DNA from: the human T2T-CHM13v2.0 reference genome, Homo sapiens | Direction: 5' to 3' (one strand) | Assembly (NCBI RefSeq): GCF_009914755.1 | Contig: NC_060947.1 | DNA: 64,000 nucleotides | Shown here: piece by piece, positions 25,221 through 38,206 of the stretch | How the letters are laid out: the number at the start of each line of letters is the position of its first letter | How positions within the stretch are numbered: the first letter of the stretch is position 1 | Translations under genes and position numbers: made by a program | Notes under the pieces: generated by a model | What the model was told of the DNA's origin: nothing | The model's input: only the letters and a program-made list of their open reading frames with translations | The model's database searches: none

Positions 25221-26659
25221 TAAAGCTTTCATTATTCTTTACAGTTTTGTCTCATTGAATTGAATGACAGATATGCTGTGTATTCAGTTTGGTATTTTGT
25301 TTCTTTTTTTTTTATTTTTGTTTTTTTGTTTCCAAGATGGTTCTCAGTTTTTAAATGTAAATAAAATCCAAGAATTCCTTTTTTTTGAGGTCTTTCTCTA
25401 CATTAGTGGGAAATATGTAAAAGCCTTTGTCCCATATGGATTCATGTTCCTTCAAAGAAGGGGCAGTGAAGCTCAATAATTTAGTTTTCTGTTTAGTTAG
25501 GAAGCCTCTTGATTTTACAGACAGGTGGACTAAATTTGGGTCATGTTAGCATTGATGGAGTTCTATTTGGGAATGAACAAAGGAATGAAACTAAAAAAGG
25601 GTGGAGAAAACCTGATGAGAAAATGTTTCTTATGTAAATAGAGAATAGACCAGGAACTAACTGATAGGTGGGAAGTAGGCAGTATAGAGTGTACTGATAG
25701 AGGCATATCCATAGAGTTCTTGAATGAATTATCCCTTTTAATTGTCTTCATTTTAGTGGTAAGATTAATCAGATTAATAATGAACAGGAACAAAGGACAT
25801 ACAAATATTAGCTGTGAATAAAAAGAAAAAAAACTGAAGGCAAAATGTAGAAATGTTATTCCATTTGAGGTGGCATTAAAAACCTTAATAAAACATTTGT
25901 ATACGTGTTGTATTAAAGTAATATTCATTTAGTATTCTTGTAAATGTTACTTTAATTAAAAAATTATAAAGTGTCCATTTACATATCCTTGGTAAATGTT
26001 CTTACTATTCCTGTTCTGTTTGATTGATTCTAGCTTGCCATAACACATTTTTGAAACGTGTTGAGAATAAATTATTTATATTTTTGTATATACACTTTTT
26101 TAGGTAAAAGTTTATTTTTAAGTTATTTTTTAAAATTTTTGTGGTTACATAGTAGATGTATGTATTTATGGGGTACATGAGATATTTTTATATAGGCATG
26201 CAATGTGAAATAACCACATCATGGAGAGTGGGGTATCCCTCCACTCAAGCATTTATTCTTTGAGTTATAAACAATTTAATTACACTCTAAGTTATTTTAA
26301 AAAGTACAGTTAAGTTCTTATTGACTCTAGTCACCCTATTGTACTATCAAATAGTAGGTCTTATTCATTCCCTCTATTTTTTTTGTACCCATTAACCATC
26401 CCCACCTTCCCTCCAGCCCTTCACTATTCTTCCAAACCTCTGGTAACCATCCTTCTACTTTCTGTGTTTATTAGTTCAATTGTTTTGATTTTAAGATCCC
26501 ACAAATAAGTGAGAACATGTGATGTGTGTCTTCCTGTGCCTGGATTATTTCACTTCGCATAATGATCTCCAGTTCCATGCATGTTGTTGCAAATGACTGG
26601 GTCTCACTCTTTTTTATGGCTAATAGTACTCCGTTGTGTGTATGTACCACATTTTCTTT

Positions 26660-28424
26660 TTTTTAATGTTTATTTTAGGTTCAGGAATACCTGTGAAGGT
26701 TTGTAACCTAGGTAAACTCATGTGACTGGGATTTGTTATACAGATTATTTCGTCACCCAGGAATTAAGCCCAGTACCCAATAATAATCTTTTCTGCTTCT
26801 CTTTCTCCTCCCACCTCCCCACTCAAGTATATCCCAATGTCTGTTGTTTACTTTTTTGTGTTCATAAGTTCTCATCATTTAGCTCCTACTTATAAGTGAG
26901 AATATGTGGTATTTGGTTTTCTGTTCTTGCATTGGTTTGCTGAGGATAATAGCCTCCAGCCTCCCACAAAAGACACAATCTCATCGTTTTTTATGGCTGC
27001 ATAATATTCCGTGGTGTATATGTATCACTTTTTTTTAATCCATTTCTGTCATCGATGGGCATGTATGTTGATTCTATGTCTTTGCTATTGTGAATAGCGC
27101 TGCAATGAACAGACACGTGCATGTGTCTTTATAATAAAACAGATTATATTCCGTTGGTTATATACCCAGTACTGGGATTGCTGGGTCAAATGGTAGTTCT
27201 GCTTTTCGCTCTTTGAGGAATCACCAAACTGTTTTACACAATGGTTGAACTAATTTACACTCTGCCCAACAGTGTATAAGTGTTCCCTTTTCTCCGCAAC
27301 CTCACCAGCATGTTATTTATTTATTTATTTTTTGCTTTCTAGTAATAGCCATTCTGACTGGTGTGAGATGGTATCTCATTGTGGTTTTGATTTGGTTTCT
27401 CTAATGATCAGTGATATTGAGCTTTTTTCATATGCTTGTTGGCCACATGTCTGTCTTCTTTTGAAAAGTGTCTGTTCAGGTCCTTTGCTCAGTTTTTAAT
27501 GGAGTGGTTTGTTTTTTTCTTGTAAATTTGCTTAAGTTCCTTATAGATATTTGATATTACCTTTATCAAATGCATAGTTTGTGAATATTTTCTCCCATTC
27601 TGTAGGTTGTCTGTTTATGCTGTTGATAGTTTCTTTTGCTGTGCAGAAGCTCTTAAATTTAATTAGATTCCACTTGTCAATTTTTGCTTTTGTTGCGATT
27701 GCCTTTGGTGTCTTTGTCATGAAATCTTTGCCCGTTCCTATGTCCAGGATGGTATTGACTAGGTTGTCTTCCAGGATTTTAATAGTTTTGGGTTTTCCAT
27801 TTAAGTCTTTAATCCATCCTGAGTTGAGTTTAGTATATGGTGTAAGGAGGGGGTCCAGCTTCAGTCTTCTGCATATGTCTAGCCAGTTATCCCAGCACCA
27901 TTTATTGAATAGGGAGTCTTTTGCTCATTGCTTGTCTTTGTTAGGTTTGTCAAAGATCAGGTGGTTGTAGGTGTGAGGCCTTATTTTTGGGTTCTGTATT
28001 CTGTTCCATTGGTCTGTGTGTCTGTTCTTGTACCAGTACCATGCTGTTTTGGTTACTGTAGTCCTGTAGTATAGTATGAAGTTGGGTAATGTGATGCCTC
28101 CGGCTTTGTTCTTTTTACTTAGGAATGCCTTGGCTATTTGGGCTCCTTTTTGGTTCTATATAAATTTTAAAATAGTTTTTTTTTCTAGTTTTGTGAAGAA
28201 CGTCATTGGTAGTTTGATAGGAATAGCATTGAATCTGTAAATTGCTTTGGGCATTGTGGCCATTTTAATGATATTGATTATTTTGACCCATAAGCATGGG
28301 ATGTTTTTCCATTTGTATCTTTTCTGATTTTTTTTGAGCAGTGTTTTCTAATTCTCATTGTAGAGACCTTTCACCTCCCTGGTTCACTGTATTCGTAGGT
28401 ATTTTATTCTTTTTGGGGCAATTG
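26660..28424 (-). mobile_element. 5'-truncated L1PA (L1PA13-16-like) nested in the older L1
   Basis: Has its own T tail, 3' UTR and ORF2 end; perfect 17-bp TSD TGTACCACATTTTCTTT at 26643-26659 and 28425-28441. Confidence 0.9.
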
Positions 28425-31400
28425 TGTACCACATTTTCTTTATCCATTCATCCATTGATGGAACTTACGTTGCTTCCAAATCTTAGCTATCGTAAACAGT
28501 GCTGTAATGAACAAGGGAGTGCAGGTATCTCTTCGATATACTGATTTCCTTTCTTTTGTGTATATACTCTGCAGTGGTATTGCGGGATCATACGGTAGCT
28601 CAAATTTTAGATTTTTGAGGACCCTCCAAATTGTTCTCCATAGTTATTGTACTAATTTACATTTCCGCCAACAATGTACGAAGGTCCCCTTTTCTCTACA
28701 TCCTCACCAGTATTTATTATTGCCTGTCCTTTGGATATAAGCGATTTAAATTGGGGTGAGAGGGTATCTCATTGTAATTTCGATTTGCATTTCTCTGATG
28801 ACAAATGATGTTGGGCACCTTTTCATATGCCTGTTTGCCATTGGTATGTCTTCCTTTGAGAAATGTCTTCTCAAATCTTTTTCTTATTTTTTTGATTGGA
28901 TTATTAGATTTTTTTCATATATAGTTGTTTGAGCTCCTTATATATTCTGATTATTAATACCTTGTCACATGGGTAGTTTGCAAATATTTTCTTCTATTTT
29001 GTGGGTTGTCTCTTCACTTTGTTAAATGTATCCTTTGCTGTGCAGAAGCTTTTTAACTGGATGCAATCCCATTTGTCTATTTTTGCTTTGGTTGCCTATA
29101 CTTGTGGGGTATTGCTCAAGAAATCTTTGCCCAGACCAATATCCTGGAGATCTTTCCCAAAGTTTTCTTGTAGCAGTTTCACAGTTCAAAGTCTTAGGTT
29201 TAAGTCTTTAATCCATTTTGATTTGATTTTTGCATATGGTGAGACATAGGAATCTAGTTTCATTCCTCTGTATATACATTTCCACCTTTCCCAGCACTCT
29301 TTATTGAAGAGATCGTCTTTTCCCCAGGGTATATTTTTGGCACCTTTGTTGAAAATGAGTTTACTGTAGGTTTGTGGATTTGTTTCTGGGTTCTCTATTC
29401 TGTTCCATTGGTGTATATGTCTGTTTTTATGCCAGTAACATGCTGTTTTGGTTCCTTATAGCTCTATAGTATAATTTGAAGTAAGGTAATAAAACTCTTC
29501 TAGTTTTGCTTTTTTGGTTAGAATAGATTTGGTTATTCTGGGTCTTTTGTGGTTCCATATAAGTTTTAGAATTTTTTCTTTTTCAGATTGTTCACTGTTG
29601 GCATATAGAAATGCTACTGATATTTGTACGTTGATTTTGTATTCTGTAACTTTACTTAATTTGTTTATCAGTTCTAACAACTTTCTTGTGGAGTCTTTAT
29701 GTTTTTCCAAATATAAGATCATATCATCTGCAAACAAGGATAATTTGACTTCTCCCTTTTTAATTTGGCTGCCCTTTATATTTTTCTCTTGTCTGATTGC
29801 TCTAGCTAGGCCTTCCAGTACTATGTTGAATAACAGTGATGACAGTGGGCATCATTGTCGTGTTCCAGATCTTAAAAGAAAAGCTTTCAGTTTTTCCCCA
29901 TTTAGTATGATACTAGCTGTGGGTCTGTCATATATGGCTTTTATTTTGTTGAGATATATTCCTTCTATCCCCAGTTTTTTGAGGCTTTTTACCATGAAGG
30001 GATGTTGGACTCACCAAATACTCTTCTAGCATTATTTGAAATGATTACATAGTTTTTATTCTTTATTCTGTTGACATGATGTGTCAAAACGATTGATTTG
30101 TATATGCTGAACCAGCCTTGCATCCCAGCGATAAATCCCATTTGGTCATGTTGATCTTTCTAATGTATTCCTGAATTTGTTTTGATAGTATTTTGCTGAG
30201 GATTTTTGCATCAAATTCATAGGAGATATTGGATTGTAGTTTTCATTTTTTGATGTGTTTTTGTCTGGTTTTGGTATCAGGTTAATACTGGCCTCATAAA
30301 TTCAGTTTGGAAGTATTCCCTCCTCTTCTATTTTTCGGAATAGTTTGAGTAGTATTGGGTTTCGTTCTTTTTAAAATGTTTGGTAGAATTTATCAGTGAA
30401 GGCTTCACGTCCCAAGCTTTTCTTCACTGGGGGAATTTTTATTACTGCTTCAATATCATTACTTGTTATTGAACTGTTCAGGTTTTGGATTTCTTTCTGT
30501 TTCAATCTTGGTATGTATGTATCTAGGAATTTGTTCATTTCTTTTAGATTTTCCAATTTATTGCCATATAGTTGCTCATAGTAGCCATGAATGATCCTTT
30601 GAATTTCTGCAGTATCCATTGTAATGTCTCCTTTTTTCATTGCTAATTGTATTTATTGGGATTTTCTCTCTTTTTTTCTTAATTAGTCTGGCTAAAGGTT
30701 TGTCAGTTTTGTTTAACAAATCAATTTTTTTGTTTTATAGATCTTTTGTTTTCTAAAATTTCAATTTTATTTCTTTCCCAATTTTCATTATTTATTTTCC
30801 TCTACTAATTTTGAGTTTGATTTGCTCTTGCTTTTTAAATTCTTTTAGGTGTAATGTTAGATAGTTTATTTGAAGTTTTTCTTCTTTTTTGATGTACGCA
30901 CTTACAGCTATAAACTTGCCTCTTATTATTGCTTTTGCTGAATCCCATAGTTTTGGTATTTTGTGGTTCTATTATTTGTTTCAGTACAATTTTAGTTTGC
31001 TTCTTAATTTCTTTATTGACCCACTGGTCGTTCAGGAGTATATTGCTTAATTTCCATGTATTTGTATAGTTTCCAAAATTCTTCTTGATATTAATTTCTA
31101 GTTTTATTCCATTGTAGTCAGAGAAGATGTTTGATATTATTTCAAGTTTTTTGAATGTTTTAAGACATGTTTTGTGATTTAACATATGGTCTGTCCTTGA
31201 GAATGATCCATGTGCTGAGGAAAATAATGTGTATCCCGCAGCTCTTGGATGAAATATTCTACAATTGTCTATTAGATCCATTTGGTCTAAAGTGCAGATT
31301 AAGTCTGATGTTTCATTTTGGATTTTCTGTCTGGAAGATCTGTGCAATGTTGAAAGTAAGGTGTTGAAATCTTATTATTCAATTTGGGTTTATCTCTCTG

Positions 31401-33930
31401 TTTAGCTCTAATCATATTTTCTTTATATGGCTGGATGCTCCATTATTGGGTGCACAGTTATTTACAATTGTTTTATCCTCTTGCTGAATTGACCCCTTTA
31501 TCATTATATAGTGACCTTCCTTGTCTCTTTTTATAGATTTTGTCTTGAGATTTATTTTGTCTGATATAAATATAGTGACTCCCTTGCTTCTTTGGTTTCC
31601 ATTGACATGGAATATTTTTTCCTATCCCTTTAGCTTCAGTCTTTGTGTGTATTTATAGGTGAAGTGTGTTTCTTGTGGGCAACGGATCAATGGGTCTTGT
31701 TTTTTCATCCATTCAAACACTCTATGTGTTTTGATCAGAGAGTTTAGTCTATTTACATTCAGTGTTCTTGATAAGGACTTCTGCCATTTTGTTATTTGTT
31801 TTCTTGTCTTTTTTTTCCTTCCTTTCTTCGTCTAGTAAGGTGACTTTCTCGGTGATATAATTCAGTTTTTTGCTTTTTATTTTTTGTGTCTCTTTTGCAT
31901 GTCTTTTGGTTTGAGTTTACCATGAGCTTTGCAAATACTATCTTATAACCCATTATTTTAAGCTGAAAAAACTACACTTTGCATTAAAAAAAGACAACTA
32001 ATAAAAACCCTATGCCGTAACTTTGTCCCCTTGCTTTTTAACCTTTTGTTTTTTCTATTTATATTTTATTGTACTGACTATGTCTTGAAATGTTGTGTTA
32101 TTGTTTTTCATTGGTTCGTTGTTTAGTCTTTTCACTTAGGATAATAGTAGTTTACACACCACATTTACAGTGTTACAATATTCTGTGTTTTTTTGTGTGC
32201 TTATTATTACCAGTGCATTTTGTACCTTCCAAACCCTTACTTATTGTTCTTTAATGTCCTTTTCTTTCTGATTGAAGTATTCCCTTTAGCATTGCTTATA
32301 AGATAGGTCTGATGTTGATAAAATCCCTCAGCTTTTGTTTGTCTGGGAAAGTCTTTAATTCTCCTTTGTGTTTGAAGGATATTTTTACTGGATATACTAT
32401 TCTATGGTAAAAGCATTTTTCCTTCAGCCCTTTAAATATGTTCTGCCACTTTCTCCCGGCCTGTAAGGTTTCCACTGAATAGTCTGTTGCCTGACATATT
32501 GCAGCTCCATTTTATGTCATTTTTTCCTCTTACTGCTTTTAGGATCCTTTCTTTTTCCTTTGGGAGTTTGATTATTAAATGCATTGAGATAGTCTTCTTT
32601 GTGTTACATTGGCTTGGTGTTCTATAACATTCTTGTACTTGTATATTGATATCTTTCTCTAGGTTTGAGACATTCTCCATTATCTTTTTGAATAAACTTT
32701 CTACACTTATCTCTACCCCTGTCTTCTCTTTAAGGCCAGTAGCTCTTAGACTTGCCCTTTTAATGCTGTTTTCTAGATCCAGTAGGTATGCTTCATTGTT
32801 TCGTATTCTCTTTTTTTGTCTCCTCTGTGTATTTTCAAATAGCCTGTCTTCAAGCTCACTGTCTTTCTTCTGCTTGATCGATTGCATTTTCAACTCAAAA
32901 ATTTGTGCTTGATTATTTTCAATTGTTTTAATTTCTTTGTTAAATGTATCTGATAGAATTCTGAATTCCTTCTTTGCATTATCTTGAATTTCTTTGGGTT
33001 TCCTCAACACGGCTATTTTGAATTCTCTATGTTAATGGTCACATACCTGTTTCTCCACAATTGGTCCATGGTGCCTTATTTAGTTCATTTGGTGAAGTCA
33101 TGTTTTCCTGGATGATGTTGATGCTAATAGATGTTCTTTGATGTGTGGGTGTTGAAGAGTTAGGTATTTGTTGTAGTCTTCACTGGGCTTATTTGTCCAT
33201 CCCAAGAAGGATGGCTTTCCAGGCACTTGAAAAGACTTGGGTGTTGTGATCTAAGCTGTGTCTGCTTCAAGGGCACCCCAAGTCTAGTACTGCTGTGGTT
33301 CTTGCAGACTCGTAGAGGTACTGCCTTGATGGTCTTCGACAAGATCTGGGAGAATTTTCTGGATTACCAGGCACAGACTCTTGTTCTTTTCTCTTACTTT
33401 TTCCCAAACAAAAAGCATCTCTCTCTCTCTGTCTGTTCTGAGCCACCTAAAGCTGGGGGTGGAGTGACACAAGCACCCCTGTTGCCACTACCGCTATGAC
33501 TGCACTGGGTCAGATCTGAAGTCATCACAGCACTGGTTCTTACCCAATTTCGGCTGTAACAACTCCCTGGCTACTGTCTCTGTTCGCTTAAGGCCCTAGG
33601 GTTCTACATTCAACGGGTGACAAAGCCAGCATGACTTGTGTTCTTCCCTTCAGGACGGCAAGGTCCTCTTGGCCTAGTGTGGGCCCAGAGGTGCTGTCAG
33701 GGATTCAGGTACTACAGTCAAAACCCTTAGAAGTCTACCTGGTGTTCTATTGTATTGTGGCTGAGCTGGCCCTCAAATCACAAGACTTAGTCTTTCCCAT
33801 TCTTTTTGCCCCTTTGCCAATGCAAAGGAGGCTCACTCCATAGCTGCTGCCACCCTAGGCCACAAGGAGGACTGCCAGACTACTGTTGATGTTCTCTTAA
33901 GTCCCAAGGACTCTTTAGTCAGCTTGTCGT

Positions 33931-34379
33931 TGTTAACCCAAAATATCTGAGACAGGTCTCAGTCAATTTAGAAAGTTTATTTTGCCAAGGCTAAGCATGC
34001 GCCTGTGACACAGCTTCAGGAGGTCCTGATGACATGTGCCCAAGGTGATAAGGGCAGAGCTTGGTTTTCTACATTTTAGGGAGACGTGAGACCTCAATCA
34101 ATATATTTAAGAGGTACATTGGTTCAGTCCAGAAAGGCAGGACAACTTGAAGTAGGGAGGGGACTTCCAGATCATAGCTAGGTAAGAGACAAAGGGTTGC
34201 ATTCTTTTGAATTTCTGATCAGCCTGTTCAAAGGAGGCAATCAGATATGCATCTATCTAAGTGAGCAGAGAGATGACTTTGAATAGAATGGGAGGCTGGT
34301 TGGCCCTATGCAGCTCCCAGCTTGACTTTTCCTTTTAGTTTAATGATTTTGGGGCCCCAAGATTTATTTTCTTTTCACA
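33931..34379 (-). mobile_element. MER4A-like ERV1 solo LTR inserted in the L1 5' UTR
   Basis: TG...CA termini; MER4 motifs ATCTGAGACAGGTCTCAGTCAATTTAGAAAGTTTATTTTGCCAAGG and GGAGGTCCTGATGACATGTGCCCAAGGTG; 4-bp TSD TCGT/TGGT (1 mismatch). Confidence 0.88.
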
Positions 34380-35659
34380 TGGTGAATGGTTCCCTATCCT
34401 GCTGTAGCTGAGCTGGTATTCTAAATGCAAGACAAAGTCCTTTCCACTCTTCCCTCTCCTCTCCTCAAGTGGAAGGAAAGGGGTGTCTCTCAGAACCAGG
34501 AGCCATGCAGCCTGGGGTTATGGGAGGGGTGATGCCAGCACTCCTTTGGCTGTCCCAGTTGGTCTCTCAGTGTGTCATGCCCATGCCTTCCCCCGCAACC
34601 ACCCCCAGTCCATGTCTCTGGGCCTAGTTCAGCAGTAGGACTTGCCTAAGTGTTGCAGTCTTTATGGCCTAGATTGCCTTTCAAGGTTACTTAGAGACTG
34701 AGAGCACTTTGGCCCTCAGTGGTGAGGTTTGCTGATGGCTCAAGTTTGGACAGCTGGGATTGGGGATTCCCCTCTTACTAGGGCTGGTTTAAATGCGCCC
34801 TCTATGGGCAGCTGTAAGACGAGTTTGGTCTGGGATTTGTCTGCTCTAACATGACAGCACTGAGTTCAGTGCCTCACAATTGCTGTGTTCTCCCTCTCCC
34901 AGCACCCAGAGATGCTCTCTGACCCACATGCTGCTGTTGCTGCTGGGGGATTGGGGAAGGGTAGCATTAGCAATTCAGGACTTTTTTCTATCTCTTCGGT
35001 GTCTCTTTCAGTGATATGAAGTTAAAATTAGATACTATGAGTGCTCACTTGATGTTTGGTTCTTATGAAGGTTTTTTTTCTGTGTAGATAGTTGTTAACT
35101 TGCATAGCTTTCTATTCGGCTACCTTGCTTTGCCTTGAGAATGAGGTTTTTTTAAAAGGATTAAAATTTGCCTTTGGGTACACGTGTGAAGTTCTTATTG
35201 TATTCAGTACTAACTAAGTTCGCATTTCAGGGAGTAATTTGAACAACTGCATTCGAGGTTATTTAATGAACATTACAATTTGAATTCAAGAACACCAGCA
35301 TGCCATTTTTGTTACTTTTGTAATTAAGTAAAGTTTAAGTATTTACTACAACCCTTTTGTCTAAAACTATATCTGAAAGTTTAAATTACTATCAAGGTTT
35401 ATAGTTTATATAGTGCTTTCACATATACTGGCTCATTAAATCTGATCCTTAGAAGTGTCTGTTTTTATAATTTTGTGGTGAAATTTCTAAATTTTTATAA
35501 ATAAATGGCTGATTACAACAAGGCATGTTTGGAGATCACTTAATCTCATTTAGACTTTTTTTTACTCAATGTTAAATCAGCATCATCCATTGTGATAATG
35601 AAGCCGATAATGCTTCTAGGAAGTAATAGTATCTCATGGTCTGCAGCAGTTCTCAGGCT

Positions 35660-35870
35660 GCAAGGTGTATTCACACACTATCTGAGGTTATTCTCACAAC
35701 AATCCTGTGAGGCAGGTCACCCCATCTGAAATGTAAGTGAGAAAATGGAAATGTAGGCAAGTAAAATGAATTACCTGAGGCCTCACAGTCTATTACAGGC
35801 AGAGCCAATTCTTGAATCTAAGTCTTCTGTTGTGCCTCCTCTGGTACATTATCCTCTCTATGCTGTCTCT
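35660..35870 (-). mobile_element. MIR SINE
   Basis: TTCTCACAACAATCCTGTGAGGCAGGT...GAGAAAAT...TGAATTACCTGAGGCCTCACAG. Confidence 0.6.
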
Positions 35871-37344
35871 TGAATGATGGGCTTGAGCAAACAAATTTAA
35901 TTAGGTGGTGGATTGTTCTATATAGTAAGGGAATTATGGAAAATCTAGTGGTGGGAATTAGGGATAAACAAAGTAGAAGAAGAGAGAAGCACTACACAGG
36001 AATTTCACTGTAATTTCTTTAAGGTGCATGTCCTGATAGGAAATACTGCCTTTTAATGATAGTGTCTTCAGAAATACACTAACAAAGATCCCTTGAATGG
36101 AGACTCAATTCCACATGCATTTACAGAAAGGTTTTGGGAATCAACAAAAACTTAATAGTTTGAAAGAAAAAGTAAAAGGACTTATAATTCAAGAAAGTGT
36201 TTAGAGACAACAGCATAATATTGAAGCATAAAATTTAAGTATAAAACTGGGATCCAGTTACTAGGAAAATATGAATTGTCCCTTGTGTCCAAAATACTAT
36301 GCTAGGATCTGTGGATGCTTTCAGAAAGATTTTAATCTTATTGTAGAGAAAACATATACACATATAAAAAAGATTATCATTCATTCATTTACTCATCAAA
36401 TAGTTATCGGGTGTACTCTGTGTCAGGCACTCTTCTAGGTGCTTGGGATACATCTATTAAAAAGAAACAGGCAAAGACCTCTTCCGTTGAAAAAGAGATT
36501 ATATTCTAGTGTATGGTATTGTGGATGTGGGAAGACAATAAACAATATGCATACCAAAGTAGGAAATTATATTACATGTTAGAAGTGGTAAGTGCTATGG
36601 AAAAATAGAGCAAGTAGAGCAAAGTAAGGGTATGGGAGGATTGGAGTCAGTTACAGTTTTAAATAGGATGGGCATTGTAGGCTTCATTAAGTATGTGAGA
36701 TTTGTTCACAGTCTTGAAAGGGAGAGGAGTTAGGCAAGTAGAATCTGGGGAAAGTGTCTCAAACTGAGAGAACAGTTGGACCAGAAGCCAGGAGCATACC
36801 TGGAAGGTTTGAGGAATGTTAAGAAGCCTTCAAGAGTGAATGAGGGGAGAGTGTTCATAATGGAGTAGGAAAGAGATCATAATGGTAATATTGGGGAGTT
36901 GGCCACATGGATCCTTTTAGGCCATTTTGAAGACTTTGGTTTTTTCCTGAATGAAATGGATTATTGCAGTGTTTTAAGCAGGAGTATAAGAGGATCTGAC
37001 TTAGATTTTGAAAGGATTGCTCTGGCTAGGTTGAGAATAGGCTCATATAAGGCAAAGGTAGAAGCAGGATGCTATTGCAGTGAACAATGAGAGAGATGGC
37101 AATGGCTTAGACCATAGTGGTAGAGTAGAGGTGATAACAATTGGTCAGAGTCTGGATAGGTTTTGAAGGTAGAACCAACAGCACTTCATGATGAATTAGA
37201 TGCTGGGTGTGAGAGAAAGAAAAGAGTCACGAACAACTCCAGGAATTTGGCATATACAACTGGGAGGCTGAAGTTTCCTTCATTTAGTTGGGGGGGAAGG
37301 TGGAGGTAGAGTAGGTCAGGTGGCAGAGTTCAAGAGTACAGTTG

Positions 37345-37673
<329 letters not shown>

Positions 37674-37896
37674 TAGATTGTAATATTCTTGATCTCAGAT
37701 ACTATGGTTGATGATCTTTGTATTCTCCATAGGACAGAGCCTTTTGCCCATAGTTGATGGTCAGCAAACATTTGTAGAATAAATATTGAACTAAGAAACT
37801 TCTGTGATGAGGTGTGAAGATAAATGTAGTCTTTATGGGATCAGTATGCAAACTATTAGACATAAATTATAAGCATGTTTGAAAAGCTTTCTTCAA

Positions 37897-38206
37897 TTCT
37901 TTTCTTTTTCTTTTTAGAGACAGGTTCTTGCTGTGTTGCCCAGGCTGGAGTGCAGTGGCATGATCCATCATAGTTCCTTGCAGCCTTGAACTCCTGGGCT
38001 CAAGTTATACTCCTGCCTCAGCCCCCTGAGCAGCTAGGACTACAGGTACATGCCACCATCCCCAGTTAATTATTTTTAATTTTTTTGTGTAGAGAAAGAG
38101 GTCTTGCTATTTTGCCCAAGCTGATCTTGAACTCCTGGGCTCAAGTGATTCTCCCACCTCAGCCTCCAAAAGCACTGGGATTACAGGTGTAAACCACCAT
38201 GCCCAG
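37897..38206 (-). mobile_element. AluJ SINE
   Basis: J-type GCAGCCTTGAACTCCTGGGCTCAAG in both arms. Confidence 0.92.

Larger units (their letters stand above)
26105..35137 (-). mobile_element. Near full-length old L1 (L1MA1/2-like 3' end), decayed, with nested insertions
   Basis: L1MA-type 3' UTR at 26130-26650; ORF2 remnants ([13 protein letters not shown] motif 29456-29737; endonuclease 30835-31347); ORF1 remnant 32432-33010; long 5' UTR to ~35137; apparent internal deletion near 29578. Confidence 0.9.

Noticed and set aside
27272-30029. Hydrophobic membrane-protein-like plus-strand ORFs
   Set aside because: Antisense translations of A-rich L1 ORF2
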